DNA of 64,000 bases, taken from Clostridia bacterium. Lineage in GTDB: Bacteria > Bacillota > Clostridia > TANB77 > CAG-508. Shown here in pieces: positions 45,479-55,983 of this stretch. The translations under genes were made by a program, and so were the position numbers. The notes beneath the pieces are model-generated. The model worked only from the letters and a program-made list of their open reading frames with translations, ran no database searches and was not told the origin of the DNA. The stretch is taken from NCBI GenBank assembly GCA_017936925.1, contig JAGBEP010000005.1, positions 2,193 through 66,192 on the forward strand, given 5' to 3'. Position 1 is the stretch's first letter. Each line of letters starts with the position of its first letter.

Positions 45479-47131
45479 TTAATTTATACCTAAATATTCT
45501 TCAAGACATAGTCCTGATTCTTTAATTTTTGAAGCTAAATCTTTCCCTACATATCTTATGTGCCATGGCTCATAAACATATCCAGTTATATCTTGTTTTC
45601 CTTGAGGATATCTGATTATAAATCCATATTCATGACAATGCTCAGATAACCATTGTGCTTCTTTTGTTTCTGCAAATGACCACTTTGTACTATTTATATC
45701 AAATGCTAGCCCTGTTTGGTGTTCAGACTGTCCTGGCTTTGCTGAAAATGTATTTGCAGTCTCTTCGCCATATAATCCAACATTTCTGTTATATATAGAT
45801 GTTTGGGTTTGATATGATCTAAATCCTGAGACTATCCATAATGATATTCCGCTTTTACTTGCAGCTGTTTTCATATCATTAAATGCTTGTAATGCTTCTT
45901 GATTTGTTCCTGGATTATAATTACTTGGTAAACTATAATTTTTATTTACTATTAAAACTCCTCTTACGTAATTTTTTTGAATACTATTATTGTTTGCTAT
46001 TAAATTTGAATTTTGAACATCTTCTTTATTTCTTACTGTAACAAAAATTTCTCTTGTCTGAATTGGTTCTGCTTTTGAGGTAATTACCACAGTAGTTTCT
46101 CCTTCTTTTATAGCTATAATCGTACCATTTTCATCTACTTTAGCAATTTCTTCATTTATACTTTTATAATTTAAAGTTTTTTCACTTACTGTTTCTGGTA
46201 ATATTTTTGCATCAGCGTTCTTTGATTCACCTTCTACTAATTCTATTTTTTCTGATGCTACTTCTATCCCTTCTGTTTTGACTTTAGTATTGACTTTTAT
46301 TGTTTTATTTACTTTGTTGTTCTCTGCTTGAAGTTTAATTTCTGATTCACCTTCTTTTAATCCAATAATACTTCCGTCTTCGGTTATTTCTAACATTGTT
46401 TCATCATATTCTATATTTACTATCTTACTTGTTGCATTATCTGGTTTAACTTTAAATTTTAATTTAAGACTTTCATTTTGGAATAAATTTATTGGATTTT
46501 CTTCTATACTTATTTCAGTAATTGGTATGTATACTAATATATATTTTTTATATTCTTCATTTGGAACTATAATTATATTTCCTTCTTCTAAATGCTTAGT
46601 AGCAATGAACTCGCTTTGATTTGTATTTTTATTTATTCCATATATGTCTATTATTTCTATACCTTGAAATATTTTTTCATTTTCTATTTCTATTTGATCA
46701 ATATAATTTATATTTTCTATTTTGCTTACATCAAATTCTACTACATTTGTGTTTTCCCATTCATCATATTGTATTTCAGTTCTTAGTGATGTTTCTATGT
46801 TATTTTCTTTTTTTAGATTTTCATTGTTTAGAATTATGCTATAATTATCATAATTTATTTTTATTATTTTATTATCTTCTTTTATTTTTGATAAAGTTTT
46901 TTTCCATAAATTTAATTGCTTAATATCTTCTAATTCTATTTTGTCACTATCACTACTTAATATTAATTGATTTATCTCAATTTCTGGTTTCATTTTTATA
47001 ACAAATATTGCTAGCATGCATATGGTAACTATTACTATCAGAAAAATTAAAATTGCTGTTATTGTTTTTATTTTTTTCTTATATCCTCTATCTTCTATTT
47101 TGTTTTGTTTAAATATCATAACATTCTCCAT
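45479..47131 (-). CDS. M15B/VanY-family D-alanyl-D-alanine carboxypeptidase with Big_2-like repeats
   Basis: N-terminal anchor and two Ig-like repeats (e.g. EITEDGSIIGLKEGESEIKL). C-terminal SGFRSY..Q, SEHQTGLAFDI and EPWHIRYVG. Confidence 0.75.
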   Translation of the reverse strand: MENVMIFKQNKIEDRGYKKKIKTITAILIFLIVIVTICMLAIFVIKMKPEIEINQLILSSDSDKIELEDIKQLNLWKKTLSKIKEDNKIIKINYDNYSIILNNENLKKENNIETSLRTEIQYDEWENTNVVEFDVSKIENINYIDQIEIENEKIFQGIEIIDIYGINKNTNQSEFIATKHLEEGNIIIVPNEEYKKYILVYIPITEISIEENPINLFQNESLKLKFKVKPDNATSKIVNIEYDETMLEITEDGSIIGLKEGESEIKLQAENNKVNKTIKVNTKVKTEGIEVASEKIELVEGESKNADAKILPETVSEKTLNYKSINEEIAKVDENGTIIAIKEGETTVVITSKAEPIQTREIFVTVRNKEDVQNSNLIANNNSIQKNYVRGVLIVNKNYSLPSNYNPGTNQEALQAFNDMKTAASKSGISLWIVSGFRSYQTQTSIYNRNVGLYGEETANTFSAKPGQSEHQTGLAFDINSTKWSFAETKEAQWLSEHCHEYGFIIRYPQGKQDITGYVYEPWHIRYVGKDLASKIKESGLCLEEYLGIN

Positions 47132-47307
47132 TATTTTTATATGTGTATTATATCTTTTACTAATCTTTTTGTCTACCGCCTGAGTTTATCAATTCAATTT
47201 AATATTTTTTACATTTTTTTACAATTTTCTATTGACTTAGAAATTTATTTATTTTATATTTATTATCACTCACCAAAATTTGGCAATCAAATATAGGAGG
47301 TTTATAT

Positions 47308-48621
47308 ATGGAAAATATATTAACAGAAAATGTTTTACTAACTCGAATTGTAGCTTCATTTATTGTTCTTATTGAAATTTTTATTTCAAGAACTTTTTTA
47401 GTTTATATATTAGGATTAAGGCTTTCAAAATTTAAAGCTGTTCTTTTTTTCTTAACTTGTTTCCCGTTACAACTCTTGTCTATATGGATTGCTCCTTTAG
47501 AGTGGTCTCCATATATTAATATTTTAATTACTTTTATATTCATGGCGATATTTTTTCAAATTGATTTTACACAAAGGATGTTTATTTTAATTATTCCATT
47601 AACGTTCTTTCAAATATCAAAATCGCTTTTTATATTTATAATCGCTCTAATTTCAGATATTCAACCATTATCACTAGTTAATATTCCAATAATAAGACCA
47701 ATAATTGTTTTTCCAACATATTTTATTATGTTTTTGTTTTTAGATTATTTAAAAAGATTTAACTTAAATCATGTCTTTTCATTTGAATTTGATTTATCTA
47801 GTAAACTTATGATTAATTCATTTTCTTTATTTATTTTTAGTTCGGCTTTAATGAATGGATATGTTATGTATATTTCTTTTTCACATAGTTCTATTATTTT
47901 AATCATTGCAAATTTATTATCAATAGCTTTGTTAATTGCATTAATTTTAAAAATATTAGCATTGAAAGCTGCTGAAACTCAAATTGAGTGTGAAAAGAAA
48001 TCATATGATTTTCTCTCAAATTCATATGATTGCATTAGGGGTTTTAAACATGATTTTTCTAATATTATGCAATCAATCGGTGGTTATATTTTAAATGATG
48101 ATTTAGATGGATTGAAAAAATATTATTCTAGCATTTTTAAAGAATGCTCTGAGCTAAAAAAGATTTCTGTTTTCAATAAAGATGTTTTAAATAGTCCTCC
48201 TGTACTTGCCTTAATTGCTGAAAAATATTATAAGGCTAAAGAGTTAGATATTGAATTTAATATAGAAGTTTTTATTGATTTAAATAATCTAAATATGGAT
48301 ATTTATGAATTTACTAGAATTCTCGGAATATTTCTAGATAATAGTATTGAAGCTGCTAGTCAATCTTCTAAACGAATTATAAATATTACGATTTCTAAAG
48401 ATTTCAGAAATCATTTTGATTCACTTATTATTGAAAATTCTTGTGATTCTGAAATTATAGATACTGAAAAGATCTTTGAAAAAAACTTTTCTACTAAGCC
48501 TAAAAATACTGGATTAGGTCTTTGGAAAGTAAAAAATATTCTAACTAAATATGATAATGTTTCGTTAAATACTTCAGTTAGAAATAATTTCTTTAAACAT
48601 CAATTGAAAATTTACTATTAG
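47308..48621 (+). CDS. AgrC/HPK10-like sensor histidine kinase (GHKL), orphan
   Basis: Six or seven N-terminal TM helices, H-box RGFKHDFSNIMQSI, N-box FLDNSIEAA, G-box STKPKNTGLGL. No response regulator or AgrB/D-like gene is adjacent. Confidence 0.7.
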   Translation: MENILTENVLLTRIVASFIVLIEIFISRTFLVYILGLRLSKFKAVLFFLTCFPLQLLSIWIAPLEWSPYINILITFIFMAIFFQIDFTQRMFILIIPLTFFQISKSLFIFIIALISDIQPLSLVNIPIIRPIIVFPTYFIMFLFLDYLKRFNLNHVFSFEFDLSSKLMINSFSLFIFSSALMNGYVMYISFSHSSIILIIANLLSIALLIALILKILALKAAETQIECEKKSYDFLSNSYDCIRGFKHDFSNIMQSIGGYILNDDLDGLKKYYSSIFKECSELKKISVFNKDVLNSPPVLALIAEKYYKAKELDIEFNIEVFIDLNNLNMDIYEFTRILGIFLDNSIEAASQSSKRIINITISKDFRNHFDSLIIENSCDSEIIDTEKIFEKNFSTKPKNTGLGLWKVKNILTKYDNVSLNTSVRNNFFKHQLKIYY

Positions 48622-48692
48622 CAAGTCTAATAAAAAAAGTCATATTTAGTATATAAGTTTGTGCTTAAATACTAGATATGGCTATATTTGTT

Positions 48693-49376
48693 TTACTCAT
48701 TTTTTAATATTATCCAGCTTCCTTCTTTTTCTGGGTAAGTCTCAAAAGCTAATTTTTCTTTTGTTGTTGGGTGGGTAAAAGATAATCTATATGCCCATAA
48801 GCATAATTGTTTTCCTTTTCCTCTAATCCCGTATTTCTGATCTCCATACAGGCTATGATTTCTACTGGCAAATTGTACTCTTATCTGATGGTGTCTTCCT
48901 GTATGAAGTTTTACTTTTACTAATGATAAATTAGTTTCCTTATTATATTTTAAAACTTCATATTCTAGTTTAGCTTTTTTAGCATTTTTATTTTTCGAAT
49001 CAGTTACTTTGCTTAAATTATTTTTTTCATTTTTTACTAAATAATCTTCGAAAATTCCTTGATTATTTTCCATTTTTCCATCAACTATACAAATATATTC
49101 TTTTTCGAATTTCTTATTTCTAATTTCCTCACTTAGTCTTGATGCTGCTTTTGACGTTTTTGCAAATACCATTACGCCTCCTGTTGGTCTATCTAACCTA
49201 TGAACTAGTCCTAAGTATGCATCTCCTGGTTTATTATATTTTTTTATTAGATATTTTTTTATTATACTTAACATATCTTCATCACCCGTTTTATCTCCTT
49301 GTGATGGTATGTTGGCTGGCTTTTCTACTACAATTATATGATTATCTTCATATAATATTTTTAAATTTTGTTTCAT
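48693..49376 (-). CDS. RluA-family pseudouridine synthase
   Basis: HRLDRPTGGVMVFAKT and HTGRHHQIRVQ. Start MKQNLKILYED after AAAGGAAAA. Confidence 0.85.
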   Translation of the reverse strand: MKQNLKILYEDNHIIVVEKPANIPSQGDKTGDEDMLSIIKKYLIKKYNKPGDAYLGLVHRLDRPTGGVMVFAKTSKAASRLSEEIRNKKFEKEYICIVDGKMENNQGIFEDYLVKNEKNNLSKVTDSKNKNAKKAKLEYEVLKYNKETNLSLVKVKLHTGRHHQIRVQFASRNHSLYGDQKYGIRGKGKQLCLWAYRLSFTHPTTKEKLAFETYPEKEGSWIILKNE

Positions 49377-49390
49377 ATTATTTTCCTTTT

Positions 49391-50251
49391 TTAAATTTCC
49401 CATCTTCCATATATTCCACATGGTAATACTAGATTTGATTTTTTCATTGGAAGTCCTATTTCTCCTGATGTGATTTTTCCTTTATATTTTTTCATATTTA
49501 ATTCTAGTAAATTTTCTAGTACTTTTGATGATATTCCTGTTGTATAAGAATTGATTAGAAAGAATAAAGGTTTTGGGCTTAAAACTTGTGTACATAGTTC
49601 TACTAGTTCTGAGATATTATTTTCAAATTGCCATACTTCTCCGTTTTTTCCTCTTCCGTATGATGGTGGATCCATTATTATGGCATCATATTTATTTTCT
49701 CTTCTTATTTCTCTTTGTACAAATTTTATTACGTCATCAATTATAAATCTTACTGGTCTTTCTCTTAATCCAGAACTTTCTACATTTTCTTTTGCCCAGT
49801 TTGTCATTCCTTTTGATGAATCTACATGACATACAGATGCCCCTGCATAAAGGCATGCTACTGTAGCCCCTCCTGTATATGCAAAAAGATTTAAAACTTT
49901 TATTTCTCTTCCTGAATTTTTTATTTTTTCTATCATCCAGTCCCAATTTACAGCTTGTTCTGGAAACAATCCTGTATGTTTAAATCCCATAGGTTTTATA
50001 TTAAATGTTAAATTTTTGTATTTTACTTGCCAACTTTCCGGAAGTCTCTTTTGGTATTCCCATCCTCCACCTCCAGTATTGCTTCTAATATACCTAGCAT
50101 TTGCACTTTTCCATTCATTTGGAAAACTTTTATTTTTCCATATAATTTGAGGATCTGGTCTGATTAATTTGAATTGTCCCCATCTTTCTAGTTTTTCCCC
50201 ATCTGCCATGTCTATTATTTCATAATCTTTCCATTCTTTTGCTATGTTCAT
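49391..50251 (-). CDS. class I SAM-dependent (RlmI/YwbD-like) methyltransferase
   Basis: VLNLFAYTGGATVACLYAGA..VCHVDSSK and IIMDPPSYGRG. Start MNIAKEW after AAAGGAAAAG. Confidence 0.75.
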   Translation of the reverse strand: MNIAKEWKDYEIIDMADGEKLERWGQFKLIRPDPQIIWKNKSFPNEWKSANARYIRSNTGGGGWEYQKRLPESWQVKYKNLTFNIKPMGFKHTGLFPEQAVNWDWMIEKIKNSGREIKVLNLFAYTGGATVACLYAGASVCHVDSSKGMTNWAKENVESSGLRERPVRFIIDDVIKFVQREIRRENKYDAIIMDPPSYGRGKNGEVWQFENNISELVELCTQVLSPKPLFFLINSYTTGISSKVLENLLELNMKKYKGKITSGEIGLPMKKSNLVLPCGIYGRWEI

Positions 50252-50555
50252 TATCTTTTCCTTTCTAGCAATTCTTTTATTTAACTTTATAACATGCATA
50301 TTAGTTTCCAAAAGCTATAAATTAAAGTTATATTTATAATCATAAATATTCCTGCCATAATACATGTTATTTTCATAATTTTATTATTTGTCATTTGCTT
50401 GTCTCCTTTTCGTTCTTTAATATATATTATTCAGAACTTATGGAAAAATGACTATTTTTTTTATTTTATCAGATTATTTATTAAAATACAACGAGCCCAC
50501 CTTTTTTTGGTGAGCTGTCGTTTTTTGATTGATTGTTTTCAGCACTTTTCTCAAG

Positions 50556-51014
50556 TCATGTATCCCTTGTCCTCGGCTCGGAATACTTTCCCTTATTACT
50601 GTGTTTTGCTGAATTTGCAGTTTTTTTCTTCCGTTCAATGAAGGAAGTAATTGCAGAGGCCAAAATTCCTACGCCTACACATGCCATTCTTTCTAAGGTA
50701 ATACCTTGAGCAATTATAGTACCAATTTCAAGAGGATGCCAGATGGCGCTCTCACACAAAACAGTTACTATAATAAAGACGCATATTGTAATAGCATACT
50801 GATAGCCTTTTGCAACTTCTGCATAATACAATCTTTTGGATACAAACCAGGCTACTAAAAATGCAATAGCAAAATTAATCACCCAGACATATCCCATGTC
50901 GCTATTTACCATGTATCCGCAATTTGCGACAAAAATTTGCGGAACTTTCGCAATCAACAAAGCAGCAAAGACGATAAGAACCGTCTTGATCACGAACATA
51001 ACGAATTTTTTCAC
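50556..51014 (-). CDS. small 4-TM membrane protein, paralog A (high-GC islet)
   Basis: Shares (K)KxxMFVxKxxL and VLCESxIWHPxEIGT with paralog B. Start tentatively GTG 51014, by alignment with B. In-frame CGG at 50633-50631 is followed by A. Confidence 0.5.
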   Translation of the reverse strand: MKKFVMFVIKTVLIVFAALLIAKVPQIFVANCGYMVNSDMGYVWVINFAIAFLVAWFVSKRLYYAEVAKGYQYAITICVFIIVTVLCESAIWHPLEIGTIIAQGITLERMACVGVGILASAITSFIERKKKTANSAKHSNKGKYSEPRTRDT

Positions 51015-51162
51015 TATTTTTCTAGTACCTCCCTTTTTTGTTCGTGCATTCAACAATCAATCAATTATATTATATCAATTTTATGTTAATTCGTCAATTT
51101 ACTATGTGATTTGATTTTTATATGTTTTTTATTTATAATTATTTTTTATATAGAACAATGAA

Positions 51163-51203
51163 TCTAAAAAACACCAAACCGCCCTTTTGAGGGGGCGGTT
51201 TGG
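51163..51203 (-). terminator. GC-rich rho-independent terminator after paralog B
   Basis: CCAAACCGCCC / GGGCGGTTTGG 11-bp stem, followed on the minus strand by GTGTTTTTT. Confidence 0.8.
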
Positions 51204-51229
51204 ATCAACTGTGATGCTCAACATGTTAC

Positions 51230-51652
51230 TTACTGGTCGGCTTCCTGGTCATCGAACTGCTCAGAGCTTGCTCCATCAAAGAAGAAGCGCACTACCGTGC
51301 AAGCTACGATACCTACTGCGACGAAGCCGATGTCCCGTGCCGTTATTTTAGTGCTGATAAGCGTTCCAATCTCGGCGGGGTGCCAGATGATGGATTCGCA
51401 AAGCACAATAGCGATAACGAATACGATTGCTGTGATAAGCCAGGTTATCCACCTAGGTATTTTGTTTTTGGTAATGTTGAACATCACCAAGGCCAAAATC
51501 ATGGCGATAACCATGTTAATGGCCCACATATAGCCTATATCTTTGCCCATGAATCCCCAAACTTCGGCAATAATCTGAGGAGTGGTGATAATCACCAGGG
51601 CCATCAAGCCCATCAGAATGGACTTGACCACGAACATAATCTTCTTCTGCAT
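51230..51652 (-). CDS. small 4-TM membrane protein, paralog B (high-GC islet)
   Basis: RBS AAAGGAGG. MQKKIMFVVKSILMGL...VLCESIIWHPAEIGT. GC is far above the neighbours. In-frame CGG at 51337-51335 (GCA CGG GAC) is read as an ordinary codon. Confidence 0.6.
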   Translation of the reverse strand: MQKKIMFVVKSILMGLMALVIITTPQIIAEVWGFMGKDIGYMWAINMVIAMILALVMFNITKNKIPRWITWLITAIVFVIAIVLCESIIWHPAEIGTLISTKITARDIGFVAVGIVACTVVRFFFDGASSEQFDDQEADQ

Positions 51653-51887
51653 AATGCAGCACCTCCTTTAGTGGTCAGGTTTGTTCGTGCATCACAATTG
51701 ATAATAATATTATACCAGTTTTATGTAAATTAGTCAATCTTTTTAATTATACTCTTGACTTTTAACCATTGTCAAAATAAATAGTATAGTACATTTTAAT
51801 GAGTTTTTATTTTATATATTAAATGTATAATTTTCTCTAATTATTATAAAACTGCTATTGAAAGTGCGTAAATATATTAGTTTTAGA

Positions 51888-53675
51888 TTATATTTTTTTT
51901 ATTTTTTTAGCTAATGCTTCATTTATTCCTTTAATTTTTGTTAGTTCTTCTATACTTGCATTTTTTATTTTTTCTATTGTACCAAACTTTTTCAGCAGAG
52001 CTTCTCTTTTTACTTTTCCAATTCCTTCGATATCATCTAATTCAGATTTTGTCATGGCTTGTTCTCTTAGTTTTCTATGATATTCTATAGCTGTGTTATG
52101 AACTTCATTTTGTAAATTTGTTATAAAATAGAATAAGTTATCTGATATCTTATATTCTTTTCTTTCTTCATTTACCAATGCTCTTGTCGAATGCTTATCA
52201 TCTTTTACCATTCCATATACTGGGATTTGTTTTTCTAAATTATATTTTTTTAGCGCTGTTTTTATTGCTTTTATTTGTGTTATTCCTCCATCGGCAAGTA
52301 TTAAATCTGGCAATGTTCCAAACCCTCCTTTAGGATTTTCTATTGAATGTTTTATTCTTCTTGTTACTACTTCTTCTGTACATTTTGGGTCGTCTTGTCC
52401 ATATACTGTTTTTATTCTAAATCTTCTAGACATATTTCTTTTTATAACTCCATCTATTGCCACACACATTCCTGCAACAATATGTGTTCCTGAAATATTA
52501 GAAATGTCAAATGTTTCTATTTTATGTGGTAGTTTTTCTAATCTTAAAATTTCTTTTAATTCTTTTAATATTTCAAATTTATCTTTTGATTTATTTTCTA
52601 AGGTTATTTTGGCATTGTTTTCTGCCATTTCTACAAACCTTAATTTTTCGCCTTTTTGTGGTGCTTTTATTTCGACTTTTCTTTGTGCTAATTTTCCTAA
52701 CCATTCTTCTATTACTTCTTTATCTTCGATTTCTTCTTGTATCATTATTTTATTTGGAAATTCTACTTTACCAAGATAATATTGTTTTATAAATCCTGAT
52801 AAAATTTCTTTTGTTTCCATATCTTTTAAATCGTCAAAAAAATAATTTTCTCTGTCTATCATTTTACTTGAGCGCACAAAGAAAATCTCAATACATACTG
52901 ATAGTTCGTTTTTGTATATTCCTATTACATCAATATTATTTTCTGAAATATTAGACACTTTTTGTTTTTCAGATATTCTTTCTATTGCTGATATTCTATC
53001 TCTTAAATTGGCTGCTTTTTCGAAGTCTAGTTTTTGAGATGCTTTTTTCATTTCGTTTTCTAATTCTTTTATAATCTTATTTGTTTTTCCTTCTAGTAGC
53101 ATAATTATTTGATTTATTTGTACCATATATTCTTCTCTTGATACGTATTTCATACATGGAGCTAAACATTTTTTTATATGATAATTTAGGCATGCTCTAT
53201 CTTGTGACTTAAATGTTCTGCATTGACGTATTTGAAATTTTTCTTTTATAAAGTTTAACATTTCTCTAGCAGCTCCTGGATTTGCATATGGTCCAAAGTA
53301 TTTTGCTCCATCATTTTGTATTCTTCTTGTTATATAAATGCTAGGATATTCTTCTTTCATGCCAATTCTTATATATGGGTATGTTTTGTCATCTTTTAAC
53401 AAAACATTAAATTTAGGTCTATTTTCTTTTATTAAATTACATTCTAATATTAGTGCTTCTGCTTCATTATCACATACAATATATTCGAAATGGTCTATTA
53501 ATGAAACCATGTTTTTTATTCTTTGTGTTTTATTAGTTTTTCTAAAATACTGTGTTACTCTATTTTTTAAAGATATTGCTTTTCCAACATAAATTATTTC
53601 GTCGTTTTTATTCTTCATAATATAAACGCCTGGTTTATGTGGCAACTTTTTTAATTCCGCTTCTATATCAAACAT
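51888..53675 (-). CDS. uvrC: excinuclease ABC subunit C
   Basis: GIY-YIG (GVYIMKNKNDEIIYVGKA), UVR domain, and C-terminal (HhH)2. Start MFDIEAEL immediately after the hpt stop. Confidence 0.9.
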   Translation of the reverse strand: MFDIEAELKKLPHKPGVYIMKNKNDEIIYVGKAISLKNRVTQYFRKTNKTQRIKNMVSLIDHFEYIVCDNEAEALILECNLIKENRPKFNVLLKDDKTYPYIRIGMKEEYPSIYITRRIQNDGAKYFGPYANPGAAREMLNFIKEKFQIRQCRTFKSQDRACLNYHIKKCLAPCMKYVSREEYMVQINQIIMLLEGKTNKIIKELENEMKKASQKLDFEKAANLRDRISAIERISEKQKVSNISENNIDVIGIYKNELSVCIEIFFVRSSKMIDRENYFFDDLKDMETKEILSGFIKQYYLGKVEFPNKIMIQEEIEDKEVIEEWLGKLAQRKVEIKAPQKGEKLRFVEMAENNAKITLENKSKDKFEILKELKEILRLEKLPHKIETFDISNISGTHIVAGMCVAIDGVIKRNMSRRFRIKTVYGQDDPKCTEEVVTRRIKHSIENPKGGFGTLPDLILADGGITQIKAIKTALKKYNLEKQIPVYGMVKDDKHSTRALVNEERKEYKISDNLFYFITNLQNEVHNTAIEYHRKLREQAMTKSELDDIEGIGKVKREALLKKFGTIEKIKNASIEELTKIKGINEALAKKIKKI

Positions 53676-53676
53676 T

Positions 53677-54195
53677 TTAATCCTCACAATATGCTATATA
53701 TGGTAAATTTCTGTAATATTCTTCATAATCTAATCCATATCCTAATACAAACTTGTTAGGAATGTCAAATCCTACATAATCTGCATTTATTTCAACTTTT
53801 CTTCTTTCTTTTTTATCTAGCATTGTACATATTTTTAAACTTTCTGGTTTGCGGTCTAATAATATTCTTTTTAGTGTGTGCATTGTTAGCCCTGTATCAA
53901 TTATGTCTTCTACTATTATTACATTTTTTCCTGCTATACTAGAATCTAGATCTTTTTTTATTTTTACTTCTCCTGTACTTTCTGTTGAATTTCCATAACT
54001 TGAAACTTTCATAAATTCTATTTTTAGATTTGTATTATCTATATATTTTGTTAGCTCAGTTGCAAAATATACAGCTCCTGTTAATATGCAAATTATTATC
54101 AATTCTTTGTTTTTATATTCTTCTGTTATTTGATTTCCTAATTCTTTGATTCTTTTTTGTAGTGATTCTTCGCTTATTAAAGTTTTTAAATTCAT
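53677..54195 (-). CDS. hpt: hypoxanthine phosphoribosyltransferase
   Basis: VIIVEDIIDTGLTM PRPP-binding motif; 172 aa. Confidence 0.9.
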   Translation of the reverse strand: MNLKTLISEESLQKRIKELGNQITEEYKNKELIIICILTGAVYFATELTKYIDNTNLKIEFMKVSSYGNSTESTGEVKIKKDLDSSIAGKNVIIVEDIIDTGLTMHTLKRILLDRKPESLKICTMLDKKERRKVEINADYVGFDIPNKFVLGYGLDYEEYYRNLPYIAYCED

Positions 54196-54277
54196 TTTTT
54201 TCTCCTATAATTTATTTTTCTTCAATAAAAGCAAACTTAAAATCACTAAATTTTAGTAACTTAAGTTTGCTTAATTT

Positions 54278-55321
54278 TTATTCTATATCTTCCCATTGTA
54301 AGTGATAATTGGCATCTAAATTTTTTACTGCTTTTTTCCATATAACTTTATATAAATCTTCTGCAGGAATTCCTGATTTGTTTGGTCCTTTAGTTGTTAG
54401 ATCTTCTTTTGTGATTGATGAGCCTTTTCTAATAGGTCTACTAGTTACTACTGTAAAACAATTTTTTTCTATAATTTCTTTTTCTTCGGCTAATTGCTCT
54501 TTTTTGCCTGCTTTCATTTTATTTATTGTATTTGCAAACTCTACTAATTCTTTAGCTTCACTTGGAGTCATTGACCAAGGAATATCATTTCCTTTTCTTT
54601 TTCTTGTATCTGTGAAATGTCTTTCTATTATTGATGCTCCTAAAGTTAGCGCTGCATATGAAGAATGATTATTCAATGAATGATCTGATAGACCTATAAC
54701 TACTCCTGGAAAGCTTTCTTTCATTTCTTTTAAAGCATTTAGCCTTATTTTATCTGCTGGTGTTGGATATATATTAGTACAATGTAATAATGCAAATTCG
54801 TCATGATATTTTTGTATTGTTTTTACTGCTTTTTTTACGCCTTCTATATCATTCATTCCTGTTGATAAAATAATTGGTTTTCTTGTGCTAGCTACATATT
54901 CAAGCAATGGATAATTGTTCATTTGAGATGAACTAATTTTGTAGGCTTTTACGTTCATTTTTTCTAGCCTATCTACCGCTGCAAAAGAAAATGGTGCAGA
55001 TATAAAAATCATACCTTTATCTTCTACATATTGCTTTAGCTCTTGTTCGTCCTTTTCGCTTAAGCAAATCTTTTCTAGTTTTTCATATAAGCTAGTTGTG
55101 TCTGTGTTATACATTTTTATTTCTTTTGCTAAAGGGCTTAACTCTTGTTCTGGTATATGGGTTTGATGCTTAATAATTTCTATTCCAGCTTCTTTTGCTG
55201 CATCTACCATTGATTTTGCTATTTCTAAGCTACCGTTGTGATTTAATCCTATTTCTGCAATTACTACAGGATTTTCTTCTGGTCCTATTTTTCTTCCTGC
55301 AATTTCAATGTATTTTGCCAT
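54278..55321 (-). CDS. NeuB/SpsE-family sialic-acid-type (N-acylneuraminate/pseudaminate) synthase
   Basis: VIAEIGLNHNGSLEIAK and YKISSS, with a C-terminal SAF domain. No other nonulosonate pathway genes are nearby. Confidence 0.7.
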   Translation of the reverse strand: MAKYIEIAGRKIGPEENPVVIAEIGLNHNGSLEIAKSMVDAAKEAGIEIIKHQTHIPEQELSPLAKEIKMYNTDTTSLYEKLEKICLSEKDEQELKQYVEDKGMIFISAPFSFAAVDRLEKMNVKAYKISSSQMNNYPLLEYVASTRKPIILSTGMNDIEGVKKAVKTIQKYHDEFALLHCTNIYPTPADKIRLNALKEMKESFPGVVIGLSDHSLNNHSSYAALTLGASIIERHFTDTRKRKGNDIPWSMTPSEAKELVEFANTINKMKAGKKEQLAEEKEIIEKNCFTVVTSRPIRKGSSITKEDLTTKGPNKSGIPAEDLYKVIWKKAVKNLDANYHLQWEDIE

Positions 55322-55511
55322 ATATATCCCCCCTTATTTCGATGTCATTTTATCATAAAAAATGGCATTTTTCAACAAAAATTTCTTCTATGTATTCTCA
55401 AAAATATATATAGTTTTTTTTACCGATATATGTTTTTTATAATATGATAGCTTCGCGCGCTTTCTCAATTTAAAAAAACATCTCTAAAAATAGAGATGTA
55501 AATATTTTTAT

Positions 55512-55799
55512 TTAGAAGTTTCCTATAGAGTTATAAATACTATTATAATAATCTATTTCAGTATTATAATCATCATAGTCATAATAATCATAATAATCAT
55601 CATAGTCGTAATCGTAATCGTCATAATAGTTTGAGTAGTCATAGTCATTTGAATAGTCATAGTAGTTTTCATAATAAGTATTTGAATATGTATTTATTGT
55701 TGAACTTGCTGAGTTATAAACTCCTATACCTATTCCAATTATTAATAATAATGTTAATGGTAAAATCATTGTAAATATTGAACCTTTTTCTTGTTTCAT
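55512..55799 (-). CDS. small membrane-anchored Tyr/Asp/Asn-repeat protein (95 aa)
   Basis: One TM (IFTMILPLTLLLIIGIGIGV) followed by YYENYYDYSNDYDYSNYYDDYDYDYDDYYDYYDYDDY. RBS GGAGGAGAG. Confidence 0.5.
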   Translation of the reverse strand: MKQEKGSIFTMILPLTLLLIIGIGIGVYNSASSTINTYSNTYYENYYDYSNDYDYSNYYDDYDYDYDDYYDYYDYDDYNTEIDYYNSIYNSIGNF

Positions 55800-55983
55800 T
55801 TTTTCTCTCCTCCTTTTTTGTTTATTATATTTTTCTTTGTATCTTTTTTCAATATATTTTGCGATATTTTTTTATGGCTTTTTGACAAATTTGCTTTTTT
55901 TTTACTTTTATAGTAATATATGGGTTATAGTGTGAATAAAATATAAAAAATATTTTGAAAGGAGGCTTTTAGTAATTATTTTT

